Translations under genes and position numbers: made by a program | Notes under the pieces: model-generated | The model's input: the letters and a program-made list of their open reading frames with translations, nothing else | Told to the model about the DNA's origin: nothing | Database searches by the model: none | Part shown: positions 27,997-38,262 of the stretch, piece by piece | How the letters are laid out: every line of letters starts with the position of its first letter | How positions within the stretch are numbered: the first letter of the stretch is position 1 | Source of the DNA: Candidatus Aenigmatarchaeota archaeon | Lineage (GTDB): Archaea > Aenigmatarchaeota > Aenigmatarchaeia > CG10238-14 > SCSR01 | Assembly (NCBI GenBank): GCA_039000165.1 | Contig: JAWBTW010000005.1 | Coordinates: forward strand, 981-64,980 | Reading direction: 5' to 3' | Length of the DNA stretch: 64,000 nt

Positions 27997-28703
27997 ATGT
28001 CTTCCCTCTTTATTATTTTTGATTCAAAATTACCATGAGTTAAAGATGAAACTTTTTGAAACATTTCGTCTTGTAGACCGGCTAAAACTTCAAAACTTAT
28101 TTCTAAGCTACCGTCTTCGAGCCATTTTTCACTTTTTACTTCAGCACTTTTCTTAATTACAGAAAAGACTTTTGAGGCATAATTAGGAGGAATTTTAAAT
28201 TGTAAAGTAACCTTTTGAAATTTTATAGGTAAAACAGCTTTTATCTCTTTTAAAACTTTATCGACTTGTAACTCGGCATCAATAAAAGGATCGATGTTTA
28301 TTCCAACTTGTTCCATAGCTTTTAAAATTCTTTGAGGGGGATGAGGAGTATTAGTTTGGGGGTTAATTCCTTTTCTTGAAATTATGTTTGCTATTTGAAT
28401 CTTTTTCTGTTCAACCATTTGTCTTCTTTGTTCGGTTGTTAATTGTAGCTCGCCTTCCTTTATGATTCTTTCAGCAATTTTGAAGATATCAGTAGTACCA
28501 AAAAATTTTTGAAGCTCACTTTCAGGCACACATTCTGTACTTCTTACGTCACGATAAATTGCTGGGTAAGCTAAAATTTCATCCATGCTTATCTTTGCCC
28601 CTTTCTTAAATTCTAAAGCCTTAAAAGGGTCTACCAAAATTTCAAATTTTCTTCCTGCAATAAATAGCCTTGAGACTACAGCCTTATCTATACTTACGCT
28701 CAA
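27993..28703 (-). CDS. Ribosome maturation protein SBDS/Sdo1 homolog
   Basis: 236 aa; MSVSIDKAVVSRLFIAGRKFEILVDP FYSH-domain N-terminus. Conserved position between psmA and rrp4. Confidence 0.85.
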   Translation of the reverse strand: MSVSIDKAVVSRLFIAGRKFEILVDPFKALEFKKGAKISMDEILAYPAIYRDVRSTECVPESELQKFFGTTDIFKIAERIIKEGELQLTTEQRRQMVEQKKIQIANIISRKGINPQTNTPHPPQRILKAMEQVGINIDPFIDAELQVDKVLKEIKAVLPIKFQKVTLQFKIPPNYASKVFSVIKKSAEVKSEKWLEDGSLEISFEVLAGLQDEMFQKVSSLTHGNFESKIIKREDI

Positions 28704-28707
28704 GGAA

Positions 28708-29418
28708 TCACTTTAAAATCTTCTTTATTTCTTCCTCACTTAACTTTTTAAATCTTTCCCCTTTCTTGATTATTGCGATATCTATTGCATTTTCTTTTTT
28801 CTCTTTTTCTGTTTTGCTTATGATGTCTATAGTTAAGTCTATAGCTTCTTTTTCGCTTAGTTCCTGCTTCCATTTTTGTTTTAATATCTTGTTTGCTATC
28901 ATTCCACCTCTTCCTATGGCATAAGCATACCATTCGTAAAGCATTCCTGAAGGGTCCGACTCTATTAGATGCATGCCAGTTTTATCTACTCCACCAATCA
29001 AAAAAGAAACTCCAAATGGTCTTAATCCTGCATACAAGGTTGAAAGTTGCATTCTATCACCAATAACTCTTGCCAAACTCCAAACATCTATAGGTTCGTC
29101 ATAAGTAATTCTGTGAACTTGAGCTTTAATCCTTGCTTGATTTGCTAGAATTCTCGCATCTGCTAGTAAACCAGAAGCTACTGCCCCTATATGTTCGTCT
29201 ATTTTAAAAATCTTTTCTATACTTTGAGAAACCATTAAGCTTGCTGTCGGTTTTACTGTTGCTAGTAAAACACCATCTTTAAAAACAATTCCTAAACAAG
29301 TGGTTCCTCTCTTTACAGCTTCTTTAGCATACTCTACCTGGAAAAGTCTGCCGTCAGGTGAAAATACAGCTATAGTTCTGTCGTAACCCATGTACTCAGG
29401 CATTATTTCTACCATCAC
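28708..29418 (-). CDS. psmA: Proteasome subunit alpha
   Basis: 236 aa. YDRTIAVFSPDGRLFQVEYAKEAVKRGTTCLGI is the alpha-subunit N-terminal signature. Confidence 0.9.
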   Translation of the reverse strand: MMVEIMPEYMGYDRTIAVFSPDGRLFQVEYAKEAVKRGTTCLGIVFKDGVLLATVKPTASLMVSQSIEKIFKIDEHIGAVASGLLADARILANQARIKAQVHRITYDEPIDVWSLARVIGDRMQLSTLYAGLRPFGVSFLIGGVDKTGMHLIESDPSGMLYEWYAYAIGRGGMIANKILKQKWKQELSEKEAIDLTIDIISKTEKEKKENAIDIAIIKKGERFKKLSEEEIKKILK

Positions 29419-29522
29419 ATCACCTACTTTTACCTCCTTCTTCTGGTTTTAAATAAATTAGTTACATAATTTATTAAGTTTTAACCTTTTAAAAGGATTT
29501 GTTACCAGCTAAAATGTTGCAC

Positions 29523-29876
29523 TTAGGTCTGTTTTAGTCTTAACCCTTTTATAGTTCCAGAAACTCTTAAAATCTTTGGGACTATTCTTACATCCCCTAA
29601 ACGGGGAATTAAACTTAAGCAAACTATAGCTTTCGTGACAGATTTACTATTAGTTCTTAAAACTCCTAATTGTTCTTTTTCATTGTATAAATTCTTGATT
29701 AACCATAGGCCTGTTCTTGAAATCCCATGTTCACCAAAAAAATCCAAAGCAGATTCCCAAAGCGCGTTTTCTAGGTCTGAATAACTTATCGGTTCTTCAG
29801 AAATTATTTGAAAGGCTATGTATCTTTCTTTTTCTCTTAAAGTTGGAGGTAAAATTTTTAACTTTTTAACTTTCAT
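29523..29876 (-). CDS. rnp2: RNase P protein component 2 (Pop5/Rpp14)
   Basis: The ORF from 29906 overlaps Rpp30. The internal Met MKVKKLKILPPTLREKERYIAFQI gives the typical Pop5 N-terminus and a 4-nt overlap with Rpp30. Confidence 0.7.
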   Translation of the reverse strand: MKVKKLKILPPTLREKERYIAFQIISEEPISYSDLENALWESALDFFGEHGISRTGLWLIKNLYNEKEQLGVLRTNSKSVTKAIVCLSLIPRLGDVRIVPKILRVSGTIKGLRLKQT

Positions 29877-30589
29877 CTTACCACTTTCACACCAGGCATT
29901 ATCCAATTCTCACTTTTTCTTTCTTTAATTTTCTTTATAATTTCTTGAGGTATTCTTGAAACGGCTTCCTTAGCTTCCCTCATTTCTAACCCCAACTCAC
30001 ATCCGAAAGAAATTAAGGAATAAGGGTCACGCATCTCAAAATGATTTATTGCTCCGGAACAAATTATTAAAGGAGCCTTATACTTTTTAGCAAGTTTTAT
30101 GTTTTGTTGAACATTTCTCAAAATCAAACATCTTGTTCTTTTTGTCGTGAACAATATTTCCCTAAAATTTATTTCTATAGCAGTAGAGTTTTTTGCAGCA
30201 AGTTTTGCTAAGATATGATTCAAACCAGAATCTTGTCTCCCTAATTCAGGATGAGTTAAAATATCAACTTCTGGAGTTTCGCAAGCTTCCCTGTTCAATT
30301 CTAAATCCCCTCCCCTAACAAGTAAGATATCAAATTCTTTTCTTCTTTTAGCTAAACTTTTAAGTTCTCTTAAGTTTCTTGCTTCGAACCCGAGAAAAAT
30401 CTCTATTCCAACATCTTTCTTTATTCTTTCTATTTCACTTTTTAGAATTTCTTCTTCCTTTTTACTTAGAGGGTAGACAGTAAAGCAAAAGCCAGAATAG
30501 CCAAGTCTTTTTGCCATGCTGGCCAATTCTTCTAGGGTTGATTCTCCCCCACTAAATACAGAATGAACATGAAAGTCAAAAAATTTCAT
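29873..30589 (-). CDS. rnp3: RNase P protein component 3 (Rpp30, TIM-barrel PHP-like)
   Basis: 238 aa. MKFFDFHVHSVFSGGESTLEELASMAKRLGYSGFCF; conserved position upstream of pop5-psmA. Confidence 0.75.
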   Translation of the reverse strand: MKFFDFHVHSVFSGGESTLEELASMAKRLGYSGFCFTVYPLSKKEEEILKSEIERIKKDVGIEIFLGFEARNLRELKSLAKRRKEFDILLVRGGDLELNREACETPEVDILTHPELGRQDSGLNHILAKLAAKNSTAIEINFREILFTTKRTRCLILRNVQQNIKLAKKYKAPLIICSGAINHFEMRDPYSLISFGCELGLEMREAKEAVSRIPQEIIKKIKERKSENWIMPGVKVVR

Positions 30590-30654
30590 AATTAGAATTT
30601 AGTTTAATACTTAAAATTTTCAACTTACCCTAAATTTTTCGCAAAATCAAAATT

Positions 30655-31176
30655 TTATTTAAGCCCTCTTGCCTTTTTTCCAGCAGAAGTTAATCCTCTA
30701 AAAACTCTTTTTCTGTTTGCCGGCGAGCAAATCCAATTTATTTTTGGGTCAGCTTTTATGTTTGGATGATGAGGGTCAACTAAAATTACTTCGAAGTACT
30801 TGTATTTTCCGTCTTCTGCAACGTAGTAAGAGTTTAAAACTTCTAGGTTTGGGAACTTTCTTTGCGCTTTTTCTTCTGCTATTTGTCTTAAAGATTTTTT
30901 CGGTGTGAACTTGACTAGACCAGCTTTGCTTGGTTTTCTTCCCCCTCTTCCGTAAAGTCTTCTTCTTCTACCACCTTTTCTTACTTTAACCCTTGCTAAA
31001 ACAAAACCTTTTTTAGCTTTATAGCCCAAAGCTCTTGCTCTATCCAAGCGAGTAGGTTTTTCTATTCTTTCAACAGTATGTTGTTTTCTCCATTCGACTA
31101 ATTTTTCCTTTATAACTTTTTCTAAACTTCCTGATTTCCAAGCTTCTCTTAAATGCTGATAAAGTCCTTTTGCCAT
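30655..31176 (-). CDS. rpl15e: Ribosomal protein L15e
   Basis: 173 aa. [14 protein letters not shown]...[30 protein letters not shown]. Confidence 0.9.
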   Translation of the reverse strand: MAKGLYQHLREAWKSGSLEKVIKEKLVEWRKQHTVERIEKPTRLDRARALGYKAKKGFVLARVKVRKGGRRRRLYGRGGRKPSKAGLVKFTPKKSLRQIAEEKAQRKFPNLEVLNSYYVAEDGKYKYFEVILVDPHHPNIKADPKINWICSPANRKRVFRGLTSAGKKARGLK

Positions 31177-31242
31177 GGTTAAAACCTTGTCTTCTTAAAC
31201 ATTTAAATATTCTTTTATATTAAAATCTTTAAAGGTGATAAA

Positions 31243-31494
31243 TTGCACCCAGCAATAAAAATAATAATTGGTTTGCTACTAATAGTAGCTAGTGTCTACT
31301 ACATCATCAACGGAGTTCCAGGATATTTTGAACCAGGATGGCCAGCTTTGTTAACAGTTCTCAAAGGTGTTATTCCCTTAGGAGTTCTTTTAATAGGAGT
31401 TTTTATAGTTTGGCTGGAGTGGGACGAACTAAGAATAGAGAGAGAACTTAAAGCAGAAGAAGAAAAACCAACAAAAAGAAAAACCAAAAAATAG
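31243..31494 (+). CDS. Hypothetical small membrane protein (2 TM) with a charged C-tail
   Basis: 83 aa; two hydrophobic helices and a KAEEEKPTKRKTKK tail. Confidence 0.3.
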   Translation: MHPAIKIIIGLLLIVASVYYIINGVPGYFEPGWPALLTVLKGVIPLGVLLIGVFIVWLEWDELRIERELKAEEEKPTKRKTKK

Positions 31495-31539
31495 AACTTT
31501 TCCATTCTTTTTATTTTTACCAATTTTATTAGTGGTATT

Positions 31540-32562
31540 ATGGGAGTTCAACTTTCTGATTTGTTGCCAAGCAAAGAAATTGAGCTCGAGCATTTATCAG
31601 GCAAAAGAATTGCTATCGACGCTTACAACACTCTCTACCAATTTTTATCAATAATAAGAGATAGGATGACAGGTGAGCCTTTAAGAGATAGCGAAGGAAG
31701 AACGACTTCTCACCTTTCAGGTTTGTTCTACAGAACTTCTAACCTGGTAGAAGCAGGAATTAAACCTGTTTTTGTTTTTGATGGCAAGCCTCCTGAATTT
31801 AAGAAAAAAACGATAGAGAAAAGGGAAAAATCTAAAGAAGAAGCAAGAAGAAAATGGGAAGAAGCTTTAGAAAGGGGAGAAGAAGCAATTACTTATGCTC
31901 AAGCAACAGCAGTCTTAACAGAGGAAATGGTGGAAGATTCAAAAAAACTTTTGGAATATATGGGAATTCCATGGGTTCAAGCACTGAGCGAAGGTGAAGC
32001 TCAATGCGCTTATATGTGTAAGAAAGGCTCTGTAGATTTTACCGCTTCTCAAGATTTTGACAGCTTGCTTTTCGGTTCGCCTCGTTTAGTTAGAAACTTA
32101 TCTATAACCGGAAAAAGAAAATTACCCAGGAAAGAGGTTTACATCGAGATTAAGCCTGAAATAATAGAATTGGAACAGTCCCTAAAAACTCTAGGGATAA
32201 CTCAAGAGCAACTCATAATAATTGGAATTTTGGTTGGTACAGACTATGCAGAAGGAATAAAAGGAGTTGGACCAAAAACTGCTCTAAAGCTTGTAAAAGA
32301 ACACCAAACCTTAGAAAAAATTTTAAAAAATGTGGAATGGAAAGCTGAAGTTGATGCAGAAGATATTTTTAATTTCTTTATCAAACCTCCTGTTACTGAT
32401 AAGTATAAGATTGAGTGGAAAGAACCAAACAGAGAAAAAATATTAGAGTTTATGGTAGAGGAGCACGACTTTTCTAGAGAAAGGGTAGAAAAAGTTGTTG
32501 ATAAGCTAGAGCAAGCTTTTGCTTCTGGAAGGCAAACGAGCTTGAAAGGTTGGTTCAAATAA
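31540..32562 (+). CDS. fen: Flap endonuclease 1 (FEN-1)
   Basis: 340 aa. [10 protein letters not shown]...[16 protein letters not shown]...[18 protein letters not shown] are XPG-N/I motifs. Confidence 0.9.
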   Translation: MGVQLSDLLPSKEIELEHLSGKRIAIDAYNTLYQFLSIIRDRMTGEPLRDSEGRTTSHLSGLFYRTSNLVEAGIKPVFVFDGKPPEFKKKTIEKREKSKEEARRKWEEALERGEEAITYAQATAVLTEEMVEDSKKLLEYMGIPWVQALSEGEAQCAYMCKKGSVDFTASQDFDSLLFGSPRLVRNLSITGKRKLPRKEVYIEIKPEIIELEQSLKTLGITQEQLIIIGILVGTDYAEGIKGVGPKTALKLVKEHQTLEKILKNVEWKAEVDAEDIFNFFIKPPVTDKYKIEWKEPNREKILEFMVEEHDFSRERVEKVVDKLEQAFASGRQTSLKGWFK

Positions 32563-32797
32563 AAATTTTTGTAAAATCCTAATTTTGTTTAAAAAATCAT
32601 TTTATCCTATAAAAAACCAAACTCTTTTTTCTGACTTAATAATCTTCTTAACTTTTTATCCTCAAATTTCTCTTATATACTTGAATTATTGTTGGCCAAG
32701 AGCCTTACTAAACTAATCCATTGTTTTTAACTCTCAAATTCTAGCAAAAATGGATAGTATAACAATAATATTAATTTGTTTAATTATATTTGAAATT

Positions 32798-34291
32798 ATG
32801 GATGTGGAAAAGATTATAGCTATAGCAAAAAGGAGAGGCTTTATTTTCCCTAGTTCAGAAATTTATGGTGGCCTCTCTGGATTTTACGATTATGGACCTT
32901 TAGGAGTTTTGATGAAGAAAAAAATAGAAAACTTTTGGCGAGAATCTTTTGTTAAACAAGATAACATTTTTGAAGTTGAAACTTGCACCATTATGCACGA
33001 GCAAGTTTGGAAAGCTTCGGGTCATCTAAAAGATTTTATAGATCCTTTAACTACATGTAAAAAATGCAAATCAACTTTTAGGGCTGATGAATTAATAAAG
33101 GATTTAACAGGCAAATCTCTCGAAGGAGCAAAGCCAGAAGAGCTTACAGAAATTATAAAAAAAGAAAAATTGAAATGTCCAAAATGTAAAGGCGAATTAA
33201 GCGATGTTAAAGTTTTTAATTTGATGCTTTCGACACAAGTTGGGCCAGTAGAGGGGAATATAGCTTACTTAAGACCAGAAACTGCTCAAGGAATTTTTGT
33301 CAATTTTAAGAATATATTAAATTCAACAAGAGCAAAACTTCCTTTTGGTGTTGCCCAAGTTGGGAATTCTTATAGGAATGAAATTTCTCCAAGACAATTT
33401 CTCCTAAGGATGAGGGAATTTAGACAAATGGAAATTGAATACTTCTTTAACCCAGAAAAAGCAAACGAGTTCGAAAAATTTGAAGAAGTTGCGAAAACAA
33501 AGATAAGAATTCTGACAAGAGAAGAACAGAAAAAAGAAGGAAAAGTTTTAGAAGTTACTGCAGAAGAAGCTGTAGAGCAAAACATTTTACCGAACAAAAT
33601 CATGGCCTATTTTCTTGCAAAAGAATTTTTATGGTATCAAAAGCTTGGAATTCCTTTTAAGTCCTTAAGGTTTAGGCACATGCTTCCTGAAGAAACTCCT
33701 CATTATTCTAAAGGAAATTTTGATTTAGAGATAGAGTTTGACTTTGGTTGGAAAGAGGTTGTTGGAAATGCTTACAGAAGTGATTATGACTTAAGCTCGC
33801 ACGCAAAACTTTCTGGAGAAGATTTTTCAGTCCTAGAAGATGGAAAGAAAATAATTCCTCATGTAGTTGAGCCAAGTTTTGGGATTGACAGAACAATTTA
33901 TGCAATTTTGCTTCATTGCTTTGTTGAAGATAAGAAAAGAGGTTGGGATTGGTTTAGGTTTCCGGCAAGAATCGCTCCTTATAGCATAGCAGTTTTTCCT
34001 TTGGTAAGTAAAGATGGCTTGCCTGAAAAAGCTAAAGAAGTATTTAATCAGCTTAAAAATTGTTTTGATGTTTTTTATGATGAGTCAGGAAGTATAGGAA
34101 AAAGATATGCAAGGGCAGACGAAATAGGTATACCTTTTGGTGTTACAATAGATTATCAAACTTTAAAAGATAATACTGTTACCATTCGATCAAGAGATAC
34201 AACAGAGCAAGTTAGAGTAAAGATAGAAAATTTAGCAAGTGCTATTTGGAAATTGATTTATGAGGAAAAAAGTTTAAAAGAAATAGTTTAA
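32798..34291 (+). CDS. glyS: Glycyl-tRNA synthetase (archaeal/eukaryotic-type class II)
   Basis: RRGFIFPSSEIYGGLSGFYDYGPLGV motif 1 region and a C-terminal anticodon-binding domain. ATG 32798 is preferred over the upstream hydrophobic extension from 32750. Confidence 0.9.
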   Translation: MDVEKIIAIAKRRGFIFPSSEIYGGLSGFYDYGPLGVLMKKKIENFWRESFVKQDNIFEVETCTIMHEQVWKASGHLKDFIDPLTTCKKCKSTFRADELIKDLTGKSLEGAKPEELTEIIKKEKLKCPKCKGELSDVKVFNLMLSTQVGPVEGNIAYLRPETAQGIFVNFKNILNSTRAKLPFGVAQVGNSYRNEISPRQFLLRMREFRQMEIEYFFNPEKANEFEKFEEVAKTKIRILTREEQKKEGKVLEVTAEEAVEQNILPNKIMAYFLAKEFLWYQKLGIPFKSLRFRHMLPEETPHYSKGNFDLEIEFDFGWKEVVGNAYRSDYDLSSHAKLSGEDFSVLEDGKKIIPHVVEPSFGIDRTIYAILLHCFVEDKKRGWDWFRFPARIAPYSIAVFPLVSKDGLPEKAKEVFNQLKNCFDVFYDESGSIGKRYARADEIGIPFGVTIDYQTLKDNTVTIRSRDTTEQVRVKIENLASAIWKLIYEEKSLKEIV

Positions 34292-34638
34292 GCTGCTTTT
34301 CCTCTAAAAACTCTGGCAAAATCAGGGGTCAGAATTAAGAAGTCTTCATCCACTCCTACCATATCTCCATTCATAGCCAAACAAGTTTTTTTCAGTCTTT
34401 CAACACATCTTTTCAATTCGGTTATATCTTTATTCCTTAACTCTTTTATCTTAAGAAAAACAACATTTCCTTCTCTCAAAAGCTGTTGAATTTTTTCGGT
34501 GTCAACAAATCCGGTAAGGTTTTCAACTTTTATTTTTATTCTTTTGTCTTCTTCTATAAGGGCTGTATCCAACTCTAAGAATTCTTCCTTTTCTTCTTTA
34601 ACTGGTTTGATTTTCTGAAGGAAATCTTTTAGGACCAT
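34288..34638 (-). CDS. sepF: SepF-like protein (DUF552 family)
   Basis: 116 aa. ...KIKVENLTGFVDTEKIQQLLREGNVVFLKIKELRNKD...CLAMNGDMVGVDEDFLILTP resembles archaeal SepF/DUF552. Confidence 0.55.
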   Translation of the reverse strand: MVLKDFLQKIKPVKEEKEEFLELDTALIEEDKRIKIKVENLTGFVDTEKIQQLLREGNVVFLKIKELRNKDITELKRCVERLKKTCLAMNGDMVGVDEDFLILTPDFARVFRGKAA

Positions 34639-34677
34639 CTTAATCTATTAATAATTATTCTTTTTAACTTTAAATAT

Positions 34678-34941
34678 TTAGCTAAGGTTTCTTCTTGCCC
34701 CTTCTAGCAAGCTAACAATATTCCATATTTGTGTTCTTGTATACATCGGCATGTTCGGGTCATTAATTATTTCATCCAAAATGCTTATCGCTGTGCTTAT
34801 TTTAACTTCTGGTGCGTCGTTACTTTTTAAGGCATTTTTTGAATCTTCTGCAGCTTTCCTTATGTTTTTTGGCACTGTCCTGTCATTTATTATTTTTTCT
34901 AACAATGCGATTGCTTGTTCCATTTCTTTCATATTCATCAC
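34678..34941 (-). CDS. UPF0147-family archaeal protein
   Basis: 87 aa. ...AIALLEKIINDRTVPKNIRKAAEDSKNAL...ISILDEIINDPNMPMYTRTQIWNIVSLLE, the two-repeat pattern of UPF0147. Confidence 0.55.
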   Translation of the reverse strand: MMNMKEMEQAIALLEKIINDRTVPKNIRKAAEDSKNALKSNDAPEVKISTAISILDEIINDPNMPMYTRTQIWNIVSLLEGARRNLS

Positions 34942-35270
34942 TTCAAAACATCTTTTAACTTATTTTGTAATTCTTTCAGCTTATCCTTTATTTTTTCTTC
35001 ACTTTTTTCCAAAGCTTTAATTCTCACTTCCAAATCTTCTTTTGTTTCTTTCAACTCTTCCTTTAACTCTTCAACAGGTCTTAAAACCATTATTTGGCCA
35101 GAAATTTTATAAGCGTTTTTTTCTTTTGTATTGTTTAGCTCTTCTAAAGCTTTTTCAACTTCCATCATTTGAATCTTAACGCTTTCTTTCTGAATTAAAA
35201 TGTTTTGTAACTGTTGCTGATAGGCTTGAAATTGTGCTACTAAATTTTTCGTTTCTTCCGAAACTTCCAT
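34938..35270 (-). CDS. pfdB: Prefoldin beta subunit
   Basis: 110 aa coiled-coil. LVAQFQAYQQQLQNILIQKESVKIQMMEVEKALEEL. Confidence 0.75.
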   Translation of the reverse strand: MEVSEETKNLVAQFQAYQQQLQNILIQKESVKIQMMEVEKALEELNNTKEKNAYKISGQIMVLRPVEELKEELKETKEDLEVRIKALEKSEEKIKDKLKELQNKLKDVLK

Positions 35271-35296
35271 AGACTCACCTAAAAATTTTCTAATTA

Positions 35297-35431
35297 TTAT
35301 CTTGCCCTGACTCTTTTAATAACTTCTGGCCTAAGTTTGACAAATATTCGATAACCACAATATGGACAACGAATTTTTTCATCAATTTTTGAAACAATTC
35401 TTTTACATTTAACACACTTATACAAGTTCAC
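35297..35431 (-). CDS. rpoP: DNA-directed RNA polymerase subunit P (RpoP/Rpb12)
   Basis: 44 aa minus-strand ORF (GTG start after a GGAGG-like RBS): [44 protein letters not shown], the C4 zinc ribbon of RpoP. 4-nt overlap with L37ae. Not in the ORF track. Confidence 0.65.
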   Translation of the reverse strand: MNLYKCVKCKRIVSKIDEKIRCPYCGYRIFVKLRPEVIKRVRAR

Positions 35432-35667
35432 TCCTCCTTTTTCACTATTTCACCTTTTGGATAATAAGCTAAACCTGCAAATTTTGTTCCACATTTTTTA
35501 CATTTCCATATACCGGCTGCAACTCTTTTAACATATGGCATACTACAATTGGGACAAACATGTCTCTGTTTTTGGATTTTTTCTATTTCACTAGCAGTTG
35601 CTCTTAATCTTTTTCCATACCTTGGTCCAAACCTTCCAGTTGTTCCCACTACTTTTTTTCTCCCCAT
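35428..35667 (-). CDS. rpl37ae: Ribosomal protein L37ae
   Basis: 79 aa. [22 protein letters not shown]...CPNCS...CKKCG. Confidence 0.85.
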   Translation of the reverse strand: MGRKKVVGTTGRFGPRYGKRLRATASEIEKIQKQRHVCPNCSMPYVKRVAAGIWKCKKCGTKFAGLAYYPKGEIVKKEE

Positions 35668-35671
35668 AATA

Positions 35672-35923
35672 TCACTTTATGATTTTGAAATCTCTTCTTG
35701 AAGATAAACTTTCGAGTATAAGTTTAAGTTGTTCGTCTTTAATTTCACTTTTTATCTTGTTTTGCTGATAAAGCTGAATTAAGTACAATTCAATTTGGGC
35801 AGCAAGTTCAGGCTTAACAAGTCTAATTCTTGCAAGTCTTTCGAAAGCTTCCTTAGATAAAATTTTTTTCAGAACTATTCTCTTTAGTTCTTCTATTTGT
35901 TTTAAATTTTCTACTTCATTCAT
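35672..35923 (-). CDS. PDCD5/TFAR19-like dsDNA-binding protein
   Basis: 83 aa. ...[33 protein letters not shown] resembles PF01984 family members. Confidence 0.6.
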   Translation of the reverse strand: MNEVENLKQIEELKRIVLKKILSKEAFERLARIRLVKPELAAQIELYLIQLYQQNKIKSEIKDEQLKLILESLSSRRDFKIIK

Positions 35924-36345
35924 GTTTTCACTTCCTTGCTTACTTCATAAGCAATATTGTCCAAAAACTTTTGGCCTTTTGGAGTAATTTTCCTACCTTT
36001 TCCTACCTTTTCCACTAGTCCAGCCTTTTCTAGTTGTTGCAAAATTTTCCTTATTATATTTCCCCCAGCTTTTCTGAAATGGGCAGGCTTATGGCCTCTT
36101 CTCTTTCTTCCTCCATAATAAGTTCTCAATCTTTCAACTCCTATTGGGCCATCTAAGTAAATTCTTCTTAGTATGGAGGCTGCTCTTATATACCAAAAGT
36201 CTTCTTGTTCAGGAGGTCTTTCCCTATGCGAGCCTGATTTAACAAACTTGCTCCAAGGTAAAGGTTTTATCTCTTCAAACTTTTTAAGCTCTTCCTTTAC
36301 TTTTTCTATGAGCTTTTGTGCGTTAACTTCTCTTGCTGTAACCAT
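35920..36345 (-). CDS. rps19e: Ribosomal protein S19e
   Basis: 141 aa. [22 protein letters not shown]...[20 protein letters not shown]...[20 protein letters not shown]. Confidence 0.85.
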   Translation of the reverse strand: MVTAREVNAQKLIEKVKEELKKFEEIKPLPWSKFVKSGSHRERPPEQEDFWYIRAASILRRIYLDGPIGVERLRTYYGGRKRRGHKPAHFRKAGGNIIRKILQQLEKAGLVEKVGKGRKITPKGQKFLDNIAYEVSKEVKT

Positions 36346-36380
36346 ACATATCCTTTAAGTGCAATAGCTTAAATAATTTT

Positions 36381-36695
36381 TTATCTATAAGGATATCTGT
36401 ATATTTTTTTACAGTTTAAGCATTTAACCTCTACAATTTTTTTCTTGCTTTTTATTCTTACTTGAGAAGAATAGCCAGGGATAAGCAAGAAGTTACAGTT
36501 TTTGCAAAACTTTCTTTTAAGTTCTTTTGGAAGCCTTATGTTATACCTTAGGCCAATTTTCCTTGCTAGCTCAATATAACGTTTACTTCTTTCAGGATGT
36601 TTTTTAAATTCCTTTTCTGCTAAATCAAAAAGAATTTGAATTCTTTCTCTTGCGATTTTTTGCTGCCATTTTGGTTTTCCTGCTCTTATTCTCAT
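36381..36695 (-). CDS. rnp4: RNase P protein component 4 (Rpp21/Rnp4, zinc ribbon)
   Basis: 104 aa basic protein. CKNCNF...CLNCK zinc ribbon and an N-terminal helical region. Confidence 0.75.
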   Translation of the reverse strand: MRIRAGKPKWQQKIARERIQILFDLAEKEFKKHPERSKRYIELARKIGLRYNIRLPKELKRKFCKNCNFLLIPGYSSQVRIKSKKKIVEVKCLNCKKIYRYPYR

Positions 36696-36808
36696 AAATG
36701 AAATTAAGCAAAGAATAAATTTAAGCGGAAATGGAATTCTAGATTTAGAAATTAAAACAGGAAATTTTTCGTCTAGTAAGAAAGAATAGAAGATGAAAAA
36801 AATAAAAA

Positions 36809-37480
36809 TTAAACCAGTTTCATTGCTTTATATAACATCTTTTCTAGTTTCATCAACTTTTTTTGGTAAGAAGGGGTAGCAAGGTCTATGCTACTTTCTA
36901 AAACTTCTCTAGGGTCAAGGGGTATAGTATAAAGTACATCAGTACTCATAACTGCACCAAGCATAATGCCTGCAAGAAATTTTACTTTGTTAAACTCTTT
37001 TCCGTACCCTAGCTTGACCAATATTTTATCTGAAACGAACTTGAGCTTCTCCAATCTTTTATCTTTTTTAATTTCTTCTTCATTTCTAGGATCATCTGCT
37101 GATAAGCATGCTATTTGATACTCTTCTCCTAAAATTTTTCTAGCATTATAACTTAACCTTGGAACATGCCAATAACTTGAAATTAGGTATACTTTATCGA
37201 TAGGTTCTACGCGAGAAAGTATAAAAAGCAACATCTTACAATAATAAAGGTTAGATAACGTACTGTAAGAAAAAGGTTCTATTATAATATCTTTTCTTTC
37301 AACGCCTTTGGTTAGTATATAAGAAGCAATTGCGTCTGCTTCATTTTTCCCACAAACTATAACTCTATCTACTATAGAATTCTTGTAGGCTTTTATCGCC
37401 ACATCTGCTCTTGCTTTTGTATGAAATTGTAAACTTCGGTCTGGATTAACACCAGCTCCATGAAGTATTCCTACTTTCAT
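36809..37480 (-). CDS. DUF218 (YdcF/ElyC-like) domain protein
   Basis: MKVGILHGAGVNPDRSLQFHTKARADVAIKAY...DRVIVCGKNEADAIASYILTKG matches the DUF218 pattern. The internal Met is preferred over the ORF start at 37540. Confidence 0.5.
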   Translation of the reverse strand: MKVGILHGAGVNPDRSLQFHTKARADVAIKAYKNSIVDRVIVCGKNEADAIASYILTKGVERKDIIIEPFSYSTLSNLYYCKMLLFILSRVEPIDKVYLISSYWHVPRLSYNARKILGEEYQIACLSADDPRNEEEIKKDKRLEKLKFVSDKILVKLGYGKEFNKVKFLAGIMLGAVMSTDVLYTIPLDPREVLESSIDLATPSYQKKLMKLEKMLYKAMKLV

Positions 37481-37514
37481 AATATGGTAGGAAAGGTTAA
37501 AGGATTTAAAATTT

Positions 37515-37760
37515 TCATCTAGATTTCCAATACATAACAATGAGGAAAAAAATTACAGTAACAAAGGAAAATAATATCCAAACAGAAAATTCAGGAACAG
37601 TTACATGATATCCTGCAATTGATGGTTCCTGGGTAATCCATATAAATTTACCTTGTAAAGAGGAAGTAAAAACTAAACTAATAACTGACACTACAACTAA
37701 AAGTGAAACTACTATACTTCTCTTATGAAATTTCCAAACTTCCTTTAATATTTCTTTCAT
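37515..37760 (-). CDS. Hypothetical small membrane protein
   Basis: 81 aa, two predicted TM helices. Confidence 0.3.
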   Translation of the reverse strand: MKEILKEVWKFHKRSIVVSLLVVVSVISLVFTSSLQGKFIWITQEPSIAGYHVTVPEFSVWILFSFVTVIFFLIVMYWKSR

Positions 37761-38158
37761 TTAAACCAGCCTAGCTCTATATCACATATTTGGTGGACTA
37801 ACAGATTAATTCCAACAATTAAGGAATATTGTGGAAAAAGATTTAAGGTTAGTGAATATATCAAAAGTGAGATTATAGCATGAAAAATTGTTCTACTCCA
37901 AGAAGGATAATTCAATTTTCCATCTTTATAAAATTCAGCAAATAATTTACTAGGCATATATTTCTCCCTTAAAATTATTTTTATCGTACTTTTTCCTCTT
38001 GTCATAAGAGAGTATAAAAGATGATCTAAGTCTATTAAAGTGCCAGAAATCACACCTAGAATTATCCAAATTATACCATTTTGAATATCTAAACCAAGGT
38101 ATGCGGTTACTATGTAAGAAATTACTAAACTTATGGCTGTATGTTGCCAGAAATACAT
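37757..38158 (-). CDS. Hypothetical polytopic membrane protein
   Basis: 133 aa, about 4 hydrophobic helices; 4-nt overlap with the downstream small membrane ORF. Confidence 0.35.
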   Translation of the reverse strand: MYFWQHTAISLVISYIVTAYLGLDIQNGIIWIILGVISGTLIDLDHLLYSLMTRGKSTIKIILREKYMPSKLFAEFYKDGKLNYPSWSRTIFHAIISLLIYSLTLNLFPQYSLIVGINLLVHQICDIELGWFK

Positions 38159-38262
38159 ATTAAAAATTTAAAGTCATAAGATAAAATAAGTTTTCTTCGC
38201 TACTGTAGAATTTTTTATTATTTTTGACACATTAGTTGTTGAGAACTGTACTCTAAGTAACA

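Noticed and set aside
29877-29906. Longer Pop5 ORF start (MDNAWCESGK...) overlapping Rpp30 by 34 nt
   Set aside because: The internal Met gives the canonical Pop5 N-terminus (MKVKKLKILPPTLREKERY) and the window's typical 4-nt overlap.
32563-32797. 235-nt AT-rich gap upstream of glyS as a possible ncRNA (for example SRP RNA)
   Set aside because: There are no GC-rich helical segments or conserved motifs (no GNAR/tetraloop SRP signatures). It is more plausibly a promoter/leader region plus the rejected hydrophobic N-extension of glyS.
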